Below, in pieces: positions 37,701 through 49,700 of a stretch of 64,000 bases of DNA. Under the pieces are notes generated by a model that saw nothing but the letters and a program-made list of their open reading frames with translations, ran no database searches and was not told where the DNA came from. The position numbers and the translations under genes were made by a program. The DNA is from Negaprion brevirostris (Eukaryota), in contig JARDVH010000157.1 in NCBI GenBank assembly GCA_030324005.1, positions 22,766,208-22,830,207 on the forward strand. The letters run 5' to 3'. The stretch's first letter is position 1; every line of letters starts with the position of its first letter.

Positions 37701-40700
37701 TTGGATTTAATTCCTTGTGTGGTGTTAACTCGTGTAAAGGAAAGAGAGGCAAAAATGATTGAGCCCTTGGTTGTAGAGAAAGCAAGGGGAAAGCCAGAGA
37801 ATGACGCTGTCAAATCTCCGCCTACAGAACAGAATAAAGTACAGTTAACTAGACTCGACCAGACAAAAGTGGAGCTGTCAAAATTGGAACCTACCAGGCC
37901 AAAGGTGCCAAAAGAGAAACCGCTTGCCAGCCAAATAGAGGTTGTAGATAAGGAAGTGAAAATCAAGCATAAAAAGAATCTCAAACCAGAACCGTGTCCT
38001 GAAATACCCAATGCATTGGACATCGACAAACTGGAAGCTAGGAAGAGACGTTTCGCAGATCCGACTTTAAGAACAGACAGGCAGAAGTTAGAGGTTAAAC
38101 GAGGCAGTCAGGAGGAAGAGGAACTGCGTCTTGGGTTAAGAAAGCAACCTGAGCAGGCTGCTTGGAGAGAATTGCCTATGGTGGGTAAAGAAGGAGATTT
38201 GGACCGAAGGCCTGCACGGAAAGAATTACTCAAAAAGGAGCACAGAAAAGTCAAGCAAGAAAAACTAACTTCAGCATTCAGCCCCAGAGAAGGACAGGAG
38301 TCTGCCAGTATTTCTGTAGGGATTGGCTTGCGGCCCAGCATAGAAGCACAGTGCAGATTAAGCGAGCCGTCTGAAGAACCAGTGGAAATGCAAGAAACTG
38401 TATTGAAAAAGCTGATTACAGCAAAGCCTCCGAATAAGGGAGTTGTGCAGCCATTGCCCCCGCACCTCGATGAGATGCCAGGGGAAGGAGAGATTAAAAG
38501 AGAGGAACGGAAGCGAAAGTACAGTGGTACCTCTGAGGACACAAATGATCACAAGTCTGCCCATGAAAAGTTACAAACCACTGATTCAGATGAGAAAGTT
38601 GGGATTGATANNNNNNNNNNNNNNNNNNNNNNNNNNNNNNNNNNNNNNNNNNNNNNNNNNNNNNNNNNNNNNNNNNNNNNNNNNNNNNNNNNNNNNNNNN
38701 NNNNNNNNNNAAGGCGAGGGAAGAAGATTAATAAAAAGATCAGAAAAATACGGAAGACAGACAGAGATTGAGAGAGGACGAAGAAGGGATGGAACACATG
38801 GGGGAGGAGGACGACAAGGGAGGAGGATTAATGGCAAAATCAGAAAAATATAACAGCCCCAGGAAAGAAAATGCAGATGAATTTGAGAGAAGAAGTTTGG
38901 TCCATGAAGTAGGGAAGCCACCTCAGGATGTCACGGATGATTCCCCTCCAGTTAAACGGAGAAAAACTGATCAGTTTGATTTTGAAATTAGCATGAAACG
39001 AGAAAGAAATTACAGAAGTTCTCGACAACTGAGTGAAGATTCTGAGAAAACTGTCCTTTCCCCTGGATTTCGGCATATTCTGTCATATCAGGATGAGGAT
39101 GATAACAATGACTCCCCACATCAGACATTGATACCCAAAGAACCTAAAGATTCTCCAAAACTAGACTCCACCTTTCAAGTTCCGGTCAGAGAAGAGCCTT
39201 TAAAATGCAATTCTTATGAGTCAAGTAGACGAGAACAAATATTGGACTTGGCTAGATTTAAAATAACGTCTCAGAGTTCTGACCAAGAGACACCACGTTG
39301 GGAAACTCGTCTAAAACTAGATGCTAGTAAGGCTGATGTTAGTTTTCCCAGTAGCATTATAAAACGAGATGGCATTCGCAAGCGTTCTGTGCGTGAGTTA
39401 GAACCGGGTGAGGTGCCGTCTGATTCTGATGAAGATAATGAACATAAATCTCATTCGCCTAAAGCTTCAACATCTTTTGACAGTTCTAGATTACCTTTAT
39501 GTCTGCGAAATAGGGAAGATAGGTTATCAGATTTAAAGCTTTCCAGCTCGCTAGAAAGGAATAAATTCTATTCATTTGCACTTGACAAGACAATTACCCC
39601 TGACACCAAGGCTTTGCTTGAAAGGGCAAAGTCTCTCTCTTCATCCCGAGAAGAAAATTGGTCATTCCTAGATCGGGATTCTAGGTTTGCCAGTTTTAGG
39701 AAAGACAAAGATAAGGAAAAAGTTGAATCAGCACCACGGCCAATCCCTTCTTGGTATATGAAAAAGAAAAAAATTAGAACAGATTCTGAAGGCAAGATAG
39801 ATGAAAAGAAAGAAGACCATAAGGAAGATGAACAGGAGAGACAGGAACTATTTGCTTCTCGCTTTCTGCATAGCTCAATTTTTGAGCAGGATTCAAAACG
39901 CCTACAGCACCTTGAAAGGAAGGAAGATGATCTGGATGTTATTTCTGGTAGACTGTTTGGAAGGCAGGGATCTCTAGATGGTTCCAGTAACACCCTAGAT
40001 TTCATACAGGAACCTGTGGTCTTGTTTCACAGTCGGTTCATTGAATTGACACGTATGCAACAGAAGGAAAAAGAAAAGGATCAGAAACCAAAGGAACTTG
40101 AGCGACGGGAAGTTGAAAAAGAAGTTCAACCTAAAACACCAGAGCCTGTATCTGAATTGAAAGAACCAGATTTGAAGAATACGTTGCCTCTTTTGAGGAC
40201 TACAGTCCCACCGCCGCCGCCACCGACCACAAATTTCCAGGCAGTACCTCCTGAACAGCAAGAAACCGTTCAGAATAAAACAGCAAATGATGCGTTGGTA
40301 GCAGAAAGTGGCATTTCCAGCTCAGGGGAGAATCATACAGAATCTGCCCCTGTGGCTGTCACACCAAAACCTGTCATTGTTAATGTGAGCCCCTGTGAAG
40401 AAATGGAACCTGCTGTAAACAAGCAGTTAGATGCAAATGTTATTTTGGATCTAGTGGCTACTGAGCAGGAATCAAAGGTTAGAGAGCATCCTTCTTACTT
40501 AGACACCAAGCCACCAACTCCAGGGGGAGCTGATCCCCAAGAAATCCGCACAAATGCAGAACCAGAACTGTTCAGGCAGTCCAAAATGAAGCAGAAAGAA
40601 CNNNNNNNNNNTGCAGAACCAGAAGTACTAGAAATCAATGCAGTCTCCTCCAAAACTGTCCCAAAAGAGGTGGTATCAGAGGAGCACAAAGATGACAAGA

Positions 40701-43700
40701 ATCCTCCTGTCAGTGCTGAACTGGATATCAACCAGAAAGAAGAGCATTCAGTAATCCACCCACAGATTTCTGACAATGAAATAGATACTGAACCTTCTGT
40801 AGTTTTAAAAGAGAAAAAGACTTCCAAAAGTAAAAGAACAAAAACTCCCCTTCAAGCAGTCACAACCATTATAGAAAAGCCGGTCACAAGAAAAAGTGAG
40901 AGGATAGACCGTGAAAAACTTAAACGGTCATCTTCACCTCGCGGTGACACTCAGAAACTTCAGGAACAGAAATTAGATGTAGAAAAGGTCTCGAAAAACA
41001 CAGCAAAGTCTCCAAGTTCTGCTCCTGAGTCAGAAACCTCAGAGCCAAGTCTTCCTTTAGGTAGAACAAGACGCAGAAATGTGCGTTCAGTTTATGCTAC
41101 TGTTGATGATGGTCCATCCCTAATGAAAGACTCAACAGATACATTGCGTTCAACGAGGAAAAGGGCCGAAAAAGAAATCCAGGAATCGCCTAATGTACAA
41201 ACCCCACCACGACGAGGAAGACCTCCAAAGGCCCGTCGTAGACCTGGCGAAGAGGTGCCATGCTTTAAAACTGACCAGGTGAAACAAGACATGGAGGAAA
41301 CAGAAACTAAAGACAGCACTGAAAGCACAAAGCCTGTTGAAGGCTGGAAGTCACCTCGATCACAGAAGGCTGCACTGAGTCATTCATCAACTGCTCAAAG
41401 CCATATAGGAAAGAAAGGAGTAAAAACAGAACCAAGAACTGCTGAAGTTTGTGCTGAACATGCGGATGATATTGCAGAACCCTCAGTTGAGCAAAGTTCA
41501 ACAAGTGAGAATATCATCAAAACCTTGCCCGAGGGAAATGAAATAGCAAGTGACCAAAAGCCTGACCGAAATGATGGTACATCAGAGAAGTGTCCTCCAA
41601 CTAACAGTCCAGGTGAGATAATAGAGAAAAAATCTTCAGAGAAAGGACCAAAGTCAAAATGTGGCAGAGGGAGGAATGCAAAGGCGAGTGATGACAAAAT
41701 GTGTCTACGGAATTTGGAAATAAGGCTTAGTTCTGAAGAAGTAAAAGGTGTTCTTCAGTCAGGTGATGGAGAGGCGACTGGGGCAACAAAGAAAGACTCT
41801 CTGAAAAATGACAGTCAGTCGCCCAAGCTCATTAAAGAAGAAGCAGGTGACCCATTTTCAGAACCTCCCAAATCACCAGAAAAAGAAATAGCAAAACCTG
41901 AGTGTTCACCAGAAGCTGTACAACGTGCTAAACAGATAGAACTTGAAAGAGCAGTGGAGAACATTGCTAAATTAACAGAAATCCCAACTGTACATCCTTA
42001 CAAAGAGACTACAGATGAGCCAGACGTTCGACCAGAGGAGGAAGTCGAAAAGCCTGCCCATCAGGCTAGTGAAACTGAGCTTGCAGCAGCCATTGATTCC
42101 ATCATTGCAGATGAATCAGCAGAACCAGATAGCTTCCCATCTGCTCCACGATACCCTCCTGAACAAACTGTGGCTGGTCTTCCTGAAGATCAAATAGTCC
42201 TTCCTACACCCCCTGACCCTTTGCAGCCTGAAACTGATCAGGCAATTGTTAATATTTTGGAGACCACCCCAGATGTTGGTGCCTCAGGCCGCTTGTTGCC
42301 AAAGGCTCCACCTTCGAACCGCTTGGTAGCAAAGATCTCAGCTTCGGGTCGTTTGGTTTCTAAAGCCCCTGCTTCAGGGCGCTCAATTTCTAAATCTCCT
42401 GTTTCAGCAGAGAGTATGGTTACAGAAGTTCCCTCTTCAGTGGAAACCGTGGTTTCTGAAGCAGTCACCTCAACAAACAACATGATTTCTAAAGCTTCTA
42501 CCTCAACAAACAACATAGTTTCTGAAATCTCTGCACCAGTAAACTCTGCCTCAACAGATAGCGTGATATCTAAAGTTCCAGTCCCATTGGAGAGCATGAT
42601 TTCTAAAGCTTCTGTCACAATGGAAAGTGTAATATCTAAAGCCCCTATCTCTCTTGAAAGTGTAATATCTAAAGCTCCTGTCTCAGTGGAGAGCGTGATA
42701 TCTAAAGCCCCTGTCTCAGTGGAGAGTGTGATATCTAAAGCTCCTGTCTCAGCTGAGAGTGTGATTTCTAAAGTTCCAATATCAACAGAAAGCATGGTTT
42801 CTGAAAATCTCATCTCAACAGACATTGCTTCTCCAGCTCTGTCCTCTAACAGTTTGGCTTCTAAAACTCTAGCTGTGGACAGTCAGTCAGCAGTTTCAGT
42901 TAGTTCGGTTTCCAGATCTACTTTATTGACTACAGTGGTTGAGGCAAAGGATGCTGATGTGTGTCTTCAGCAGTCTGGAAATACCTCCCAGAAAACTGAG
43001 AGCCCTCCATTGCCAGAACCCGCTGAAGTCCCAAGGGCTTCAAGTCGTAGAGGCCGTTCAAAACTAAGAATAACAAGGCGTAATAGGCGAGGGAGCACTA
43101 GCAGAAGGATGGAACTAGCAGATGGCAACAGCTCTGAGCCTGAACCGGTGCCTGTTTCTACTGACATAAAACAAAACAGTGTTACAGCAGAAACTGTTTT
43201 AGAAAAATGTACAAAAAAATCAGCAATGGAACCTGTTTGTGTTTCCAAGAGTGATACAGACAACTTGACTAGATTAGAAGAGGGTAAACCAGGTGGTATG
43301 AAAGCCCCTGAATCAGAAAAGGATCCAACAACTGAAGCTATCTCACCACAGGATTCACTGCACTCTTCAGCATGTAACGAAGATAACAAAAGTCCTCCAT
43401 ATTTTAAACTAAAGCAACACTCGGGTGAGTATACACCTGAAGCTCAACCAAAACAAAGCATGTCGCGAATAGCTATTAATGCTTTCCCCACCACTACTAC
43501 TGCAAAGATTTCAGTAACACCTGCACCTGTGTTGGGAACTACACATATCAGTTCTGGGGCTATGCCAGACTGGATGCCAAGGCATGAGGCATCTCGTGCT
43601 TGTTCCACACCCCCTCCTGCTGCTCCTCCCCCAGATACCAAAGCTTCTGACCTTGACACCAACTCCAGTACATTGAGAAAAATTCTCATGGAGCCAAAAT

Positions 43701-46700
43701 ATGTGTCAGCCACAGGTGTTCCTACCACATTTGTTACTACAGCTATAAATGAGCCACTGACTTCAGTTCGGACAGAAGAAGCCTTCCCTTCAGGTGAAGT
43801 TAACAAGTTGGTCTTGGATGAGAAGCCTGCAGTTCCACCTAGCAATACTGGAGGGCAACAAATGGCAGAAATGTGCACGTTTAATGAGAAAGATAAACCT
43901 GCAAGTTCTTTGATCTCACCCAAAGTCACTTCTGTCATAAGCAGAATGCCACCAAGCTCAGACCAAGAGGAAATTACAAAAGTAACAGCAAACAGCCGAG
44001 GCCCTGCCAACCTTCCAGCTCAGTCACCTAATCTCCCAACTGTGTCACTGACCAAACAGAAATATAGATCAAACTTGACTGAAAATAGCAGGTACAAGCT
44101 TGGGACAGTGGCATTTATTGGGGATGAGTCTCGGCCGGTGGATAATATCGCATTAAACCAGGGATCAAGTCCACGTCTGAGAGTAAATACCTCTGAAGGG
44201 GTTGTGGTATTGAGTTACTCTGGCCAGAAAACAGAAGGCCCTCAAAGAATAACTGCTCCAATCAGCCAGATTCCACCAGCTAGTGCAGTGGATATAGAAT
44301 TTCAACAGTCTGTGTCCAAGTCACAAGCCAAACCAGAGCCAGTTTCACAATCGCAACCTGCGACAAAGGGTTCACAAACTCCATCAGGTTACAGCAATGT
44401 GATTGGAACTCATACCTCAAGCATACTTGCAGGACATGGTGGTTCTCAGACTTATAACACGTCACCTGTGATTTCAAGTGTTAAACAGGAGCATCAAATC
44501 CTTGAAAAATCTGAATCTGCTATTCATTCTAGTACACTAACTGCCTCTCAGCCAGGAGCAGTTAAGATTGTCTATAATCTTCTGCCGAACATTGTGTCNN
44601 NNNNNNNNNNNNNNNNNNNNNNNNNNNNNNNNNNNNNNNNNNNNNNNNNNNNNNNNNNNNNNNNNNNNNNNNNNNNNNNNNNNNNNNNNNNNNNNNNNCT
44701 AACAAAAAAGGTGGCGAGCCAGTTGTTCCCAAAATTGAAGCTGTTAAAGTAACACAGCAGTCAACCCTGAGCCCTGGAATCAGCTCTCACCATGCTGCTA
44801 TGCCAAGTAAAATGCAATCAGACACTAACCACATCAGTTCTGGACGTGGCACCCCAACAGAGCGAAGTCTGCCAGTTTCCATTAAACAGGAGCCCCATTC
44901 TCCACGCACATCTGTTCATTCTCCTTCTCCCTTTCCCAAAGTATGCCAGCCGAGTAGCACCTCAACTGCTTCCCAGCCAATGAATGCTAACATGGTTCTG
45001 AATGCTGGTCTCACTATGACACAGTTTGTTCCCAGTGTCCATTTACCAGAGCAGTCAGTCATTATGCCTCCTCACAGTGTGACACAGACTCAGGTGGTCT
45101 CCTTAGGGCATCTTTCTCAGGGTGAAGTAAGAATGAATGCTCCTTCAGTACCAGGTATTCCATATGGCATAAGGCCTGATACTCACCATCCCTCCCCTAG
45201 AGCCGTGTTGCAGCCTCAGATGGAACTTCGTTCGCAGCGATCGAGCACACCACAGTCAACGGTTATCAGGGATTTGTGTATGCCTCAGATATCCAATCAG
45301 CATCAACCTGATGAAGAATTACTCCATTATCATGGACTTAGAAGAGGATCAGGTCCCTTACAGCCTGATGTCCTTGTAATGCAGCCAGACTACCGAATCC
45401 ACCCTGGAGGTTTGCGACTGGACCAATACAACGTGCCCCAGGAGATGCTGCTACGTGACGTTCGAATGATGTACCCACCTATGACAGCTGTAGGTGATGT
45501 CCATAATGAGGCCAGGCAAGCCAGGACTCCTGATGGATCTGTTAAAACTCCTCCTGCTAGTAAAACCCCTCAGCCAGCAAAAGAAGCCCCTAAAACATCA
45601 GAAGTGAAAATGGCAAAATCACCTCACAATGAAGCCCGACTGATCAATGTTCCCCCTGGAATGCCTATGTCTCAGTCTGTAATGGTCTCCCATGGTGTTC
45701 AACTTATGCACCAAGTCCCTAGCTCCTTCCATGACTATCCACGTGTGTATCAAGAACTGCGGAACTTCCACCCTACTCACCTTGGTCATCCACAGTTTGG
45801 AGGAATTAACCTACCATCACGCAGCATGACTCCTCAGGTAATTGGAGCAATTTTTTTACCCTCCCTATCCCCCCCCAATCTTTCTTCATGAAACATTATT
45901 ATTTTGAAGTTATTTTTATTTATAGAGGGAAGTGAGTGAAGAATACAATACAACTTCTGAAATAAGTCCATAAAGAGTAACAGTTGTGCTTAAAATGTCT
46001 ACATTCATCAGTTTTCCTGGTGGTCATTATTTCATGTTGACACGTCATAAAATCAGCCAACTTTTGGGACTTTGCCACTGCAATTTTTGAGTTTTTAGGA
46101 AGCAAGTTCCTGTGCCTACTTTACTTCAACAGAATTTTAGAATTGTCAAACACAAATGGGGCCATTTGGCTCATTTTGCCTATGTCAGTTCTCTGAACGA
46201 ATTAGTCCCAGTCCTCTGCTTTGGATACACAGTACTGCAATTTCCCCTCTTTGAATAGTTAAGATGATCCAAACTAATGTCTGAAAAGGGTATTGGAAAG
46301 ACTGAATATGCTTCCATTGCCCCTTTCATACATTACATTCCAAATCATTGTTAACTTGCTACTTCAAATAACTTTTCCTCATTTCACCTCTGGTTCTTTT
46401 ACCAATTATATTACATCTTGCCTCCCTTGTTACCAACCCTTCTGAAACTGTTTACAGTTACCAGCCTTCCTGAAAGTTTGTTTACCATATCAAGCCCCTT
46501 CATGACTTTGAATGTCTTTATTAAATATTCTCATAACCTTTTCTGCCCAAAGGAATACAATTCCAGCTGCTTTAGTCTTCCACATAACTGAAATCCCTCA
46601 CCTATTATACCATTCTAGTAAATCCTCTGCACTTGCTCAGTAAGCCTTGATATCCTCTCTAAAGTTTGATGTCTAGTATTGGACATGGTACCCCAGCTAG

Positions 46701-49700
46701 GATCTGCCAGTAATTTAAAATAATTTAACATGATTTCATTATTTTTTATTCCATTCTTCACTTCCCAGTTGTACCTCTTTGCCCCCAGTCAGAATCTGTG
46801 CTTGGCCATCTTATTTCTCATCTGCCCCTTGGCAAAATCTTTTCAAAACACCATGTTTTACATATATTATGACATGCAGTTCTACCTGAACACTATTTCT
46901 TTTGACTCCACAATTGCCTCTGATTTATCATGCTATTTGTCTGATACCTAGAACTAGATGAGGAGAAATCCCTCCAATTAATAATGGGAACACTGAAACT
47001 ATTGTCTTCAGCCCCTGCTACTGATTCCATCCAATTCCCAAGCTACTGTTTGAGGTTGAATCAGATTATTAGCAATCTATTTGACCCTGTGTTGAGCTTA
47101 TATAGATGCTCTGTCACCAAGACTGTACATACTCATCATGCCTGTCTCTCTGCATCTTCCTCCCCTCATCCGTCACTGCAACCCTAATTTTGTAGAAGCA
47201 TAGAGTGGATACAGCACAGGGGGAGGCTCTTTGGCCTGCGTGTCCATATTGGTTTTCTTGAGCAACTCAGCTAGTCCCTTCCCTTCCCACTTCCTCATGG
47301 ACAATCAGGTGTTTCAAATAATTATTTAATTACCTTTTGAAAACCAGAATTGATTCTGTCTCCACCAGTCTCCAAAGACGTGCAGTTAGGTAGATTGGCC
47401 ATGCTAAATTTCAGAGGTTATGAGGATACGCCAGGCTGTGAGGGCCTGGGTAAGATGCTCTTTCAGAGTTGGTGCAGACTCGATGGGCTGAATGGCCTCT
47501 TTTGCACTGTAGGATTCTGTGGTTCTAAACGCATTCCAGGCACTGCATGAAAAAGTTTGTCCTCTTGTCACTGTTGGTGCTTTTGCTACTCATCCTAAAC
47601 CACTATCACTGGTTCTCGACTCTTCAGCTAACAGAGTTTCTGTCTGGCTGCTAGTTTTGAGCACCTCTATCAAATTGTCTCTTCATGGACTGTTCTCTAA
47701 GGAGAACAACCTCAGCTTCTCCAATCTATTTATATAGCTAAACTCCCCTCATTTCTGAAACCGCTGTCTTATATTTTTGCCACATACTTTCTAATGCCCT
47801 CATCTCCATCCTAAGGTTCAGTGCCTTTTTCATAGCTACCTTTATTTGATGATCACTGTTCCCTAAATGTTCCCCAACCAACACATTATCCACTTTACCC
47901 TGCACATTCCCCAGACAGGCGCAGTGATGTGTCCTTTCTTGTTAGTTAGAAATGTACTGGTAGAACATTGTCCTGAATATATTTTGGCAAATGTCTCTCT
48001 TTTTCTTTTTCTCTCTCTCTTTCTCTCTTCCCCCCCCGCCCTCCCCACCTTCTGCCCTTTCATATTGTCTTATCCATTCAGAAAAACAGATTTTCACTTA
48101 TATAGCACTTTTCACAAGCACCAGAGGTCTCAAAGTGCTTTGCAGCCAATGATGCACTCTTCAAGTGCAGCCACAATTGTTGGATGTGTAGAGGCTAATT
48201 TTTGCTCAGTAGCTTTGTCAAACAGCAATGAGATAATGATTGGACAATCTGTTTTAGTGATGTTGATTGAGGAATAAATATTGACCAAGACACCAGGGAG
48301 ATGATCCTTGCAGTTCCTTGAACAGAATCTTGGCAAAATTTGCATTCGCTTGTGACGGTGTACAGGGCTTCAGTTTAATATCTCATCAAAAAGATGGCCC
48401 ATGCAGCAGTCAGTAGCTTTCCAAATTGTGAGCCTGGAGTAGGTGCTCAAATCTCAGGGGACGGATCTTGAACTCATGACCTTTTGACTGAGTCACGAGT
48501 TGCCAGTAAGCCAAAGCTAGCGCTTAAGTGCTGGCAGCACTGAAAATCCATGTTGCGTAATGTCACATTGTAGGGAAGTTAAGCATTTTGTCGTTACTCA
48601 CCACCAGAGGAGTTGTGTTGATGTAAGTTATTGATTCAAAGGTAGTTTTGATGACTAAATTGTTTCCATTTATGTTTCTCCCTTATCTTTAAAATTTCTG
48701 CCACTGCCAGGCATTTTTGGCTGATACTGTGAAGATCCTGTTTTTGAATTCTGTCCCTGAACCCAAAGAAAAAAAAGTTGGAATCTGTCACATTCTATCA
48801 TTGTGTTGAAGTGAGACAACTGTGAACAGTTGTGGCGCAGCTACAGGGAGCTGGGTTCAATTCCGGCTTCAGTTGGCTCTGAAGTTTGCATGTCCTCTCT
48901 GTGTCTGCATGGATTTCCTCCAGGTTCTCTGGTTTCCTCCCACAGTCCAAAGATGTTGGGTTGATTGGTCATGCTAAATTGCCCCTTAATGTGAGGGGGA
49001 TTAACAGGGTAAAAATGGGGTTACAGAGATAGGGCCAGAGTGTGATTGTTGTCAGTTCAGGCTTGATGGACCAAATGGCCTCCTTCTGCACTGTCGGTGT
49101 TTTATGATTCTAGAATTAACTGATTTTTTGAGTTTTTGAATGGTTGAATGTCATCATCACTTTCAGCATGTTTATTGGCACATTTGCTTACTGGAGTGCT
49201 TTATTACTTTTGCTCCAGTTCGAAGTCCGAGCCTCTATTTTTGTCTTCACTGCAGAAATTTTTTTCATTGGAGGGTGCCTTGCACAGATTTGGAATTGAC
49301 CTTTGGAATTGTGTCCGCACTCCAAATTTGACTTGAAGTAAGACATTCCCAGCTGGAGAACTTTCACAAACATTGGCTCTTAGGCTAAATGGGACAAATC
49401 CTATTACATATATATCCATGCTAATAACTGAGAAAGTTAGAACTTCCCTCGTCACCCGCATGTTCTTTCTACTTTTTATGCTGTTCCTCATCATTAACTT
49501 TTGTCACTGAATGTAGCTCATTGCCCTATCTCTCTTCATACGTGCCAAGTTGCAACCATATGATTCTTGTGGGGAGGAACTAGATATTTGTTATTTTATC
49601 TATGCTGACTTACATTTAAAACTGATGGAAGCATTGTCAACCTACTTTCATTGAAGCTTTATCCTCAACACAAACAAAATTTGTCTTCAAACAAAAATAC

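Noticed and set aside
38611-38835. Apparent frameshift and in-frame stops splitting SPEN into 651-aa and 1994-aa ORFs, with an imperfect repeat (GATTAAT...ATCAGAAAAATA) at exactly 100-bp spacing
   Set aside because: It abuts a 100-N placeholder gap of unknown true length, and the ~120 bp after the gap do not resemble SPEN. Most likely low-quality gap-edge sequence, not pseudogenisation or a new intron. Long reads would settle it.
42560-42800. 33-bp periodic array superficially like a CRISPR array
   Set aside because: No unique spacers, in-frame coding, and a vertebrate context.
36885-44477. Many minus-strand ORFs of up to 285 aa over the giant exon
   Set aside because: Antisense shadows of biased, repetitive coding sequence, with no recognisable domains or independent signals.
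44599-44752. Frame change and stop at the end of the 1994-aa ORF
   Set aside because: Caused by a 100-N gap. After it, another frame is open (NKKGGEPVVPKIEAVK...) and continues into the 363-aa SPEN ORF.
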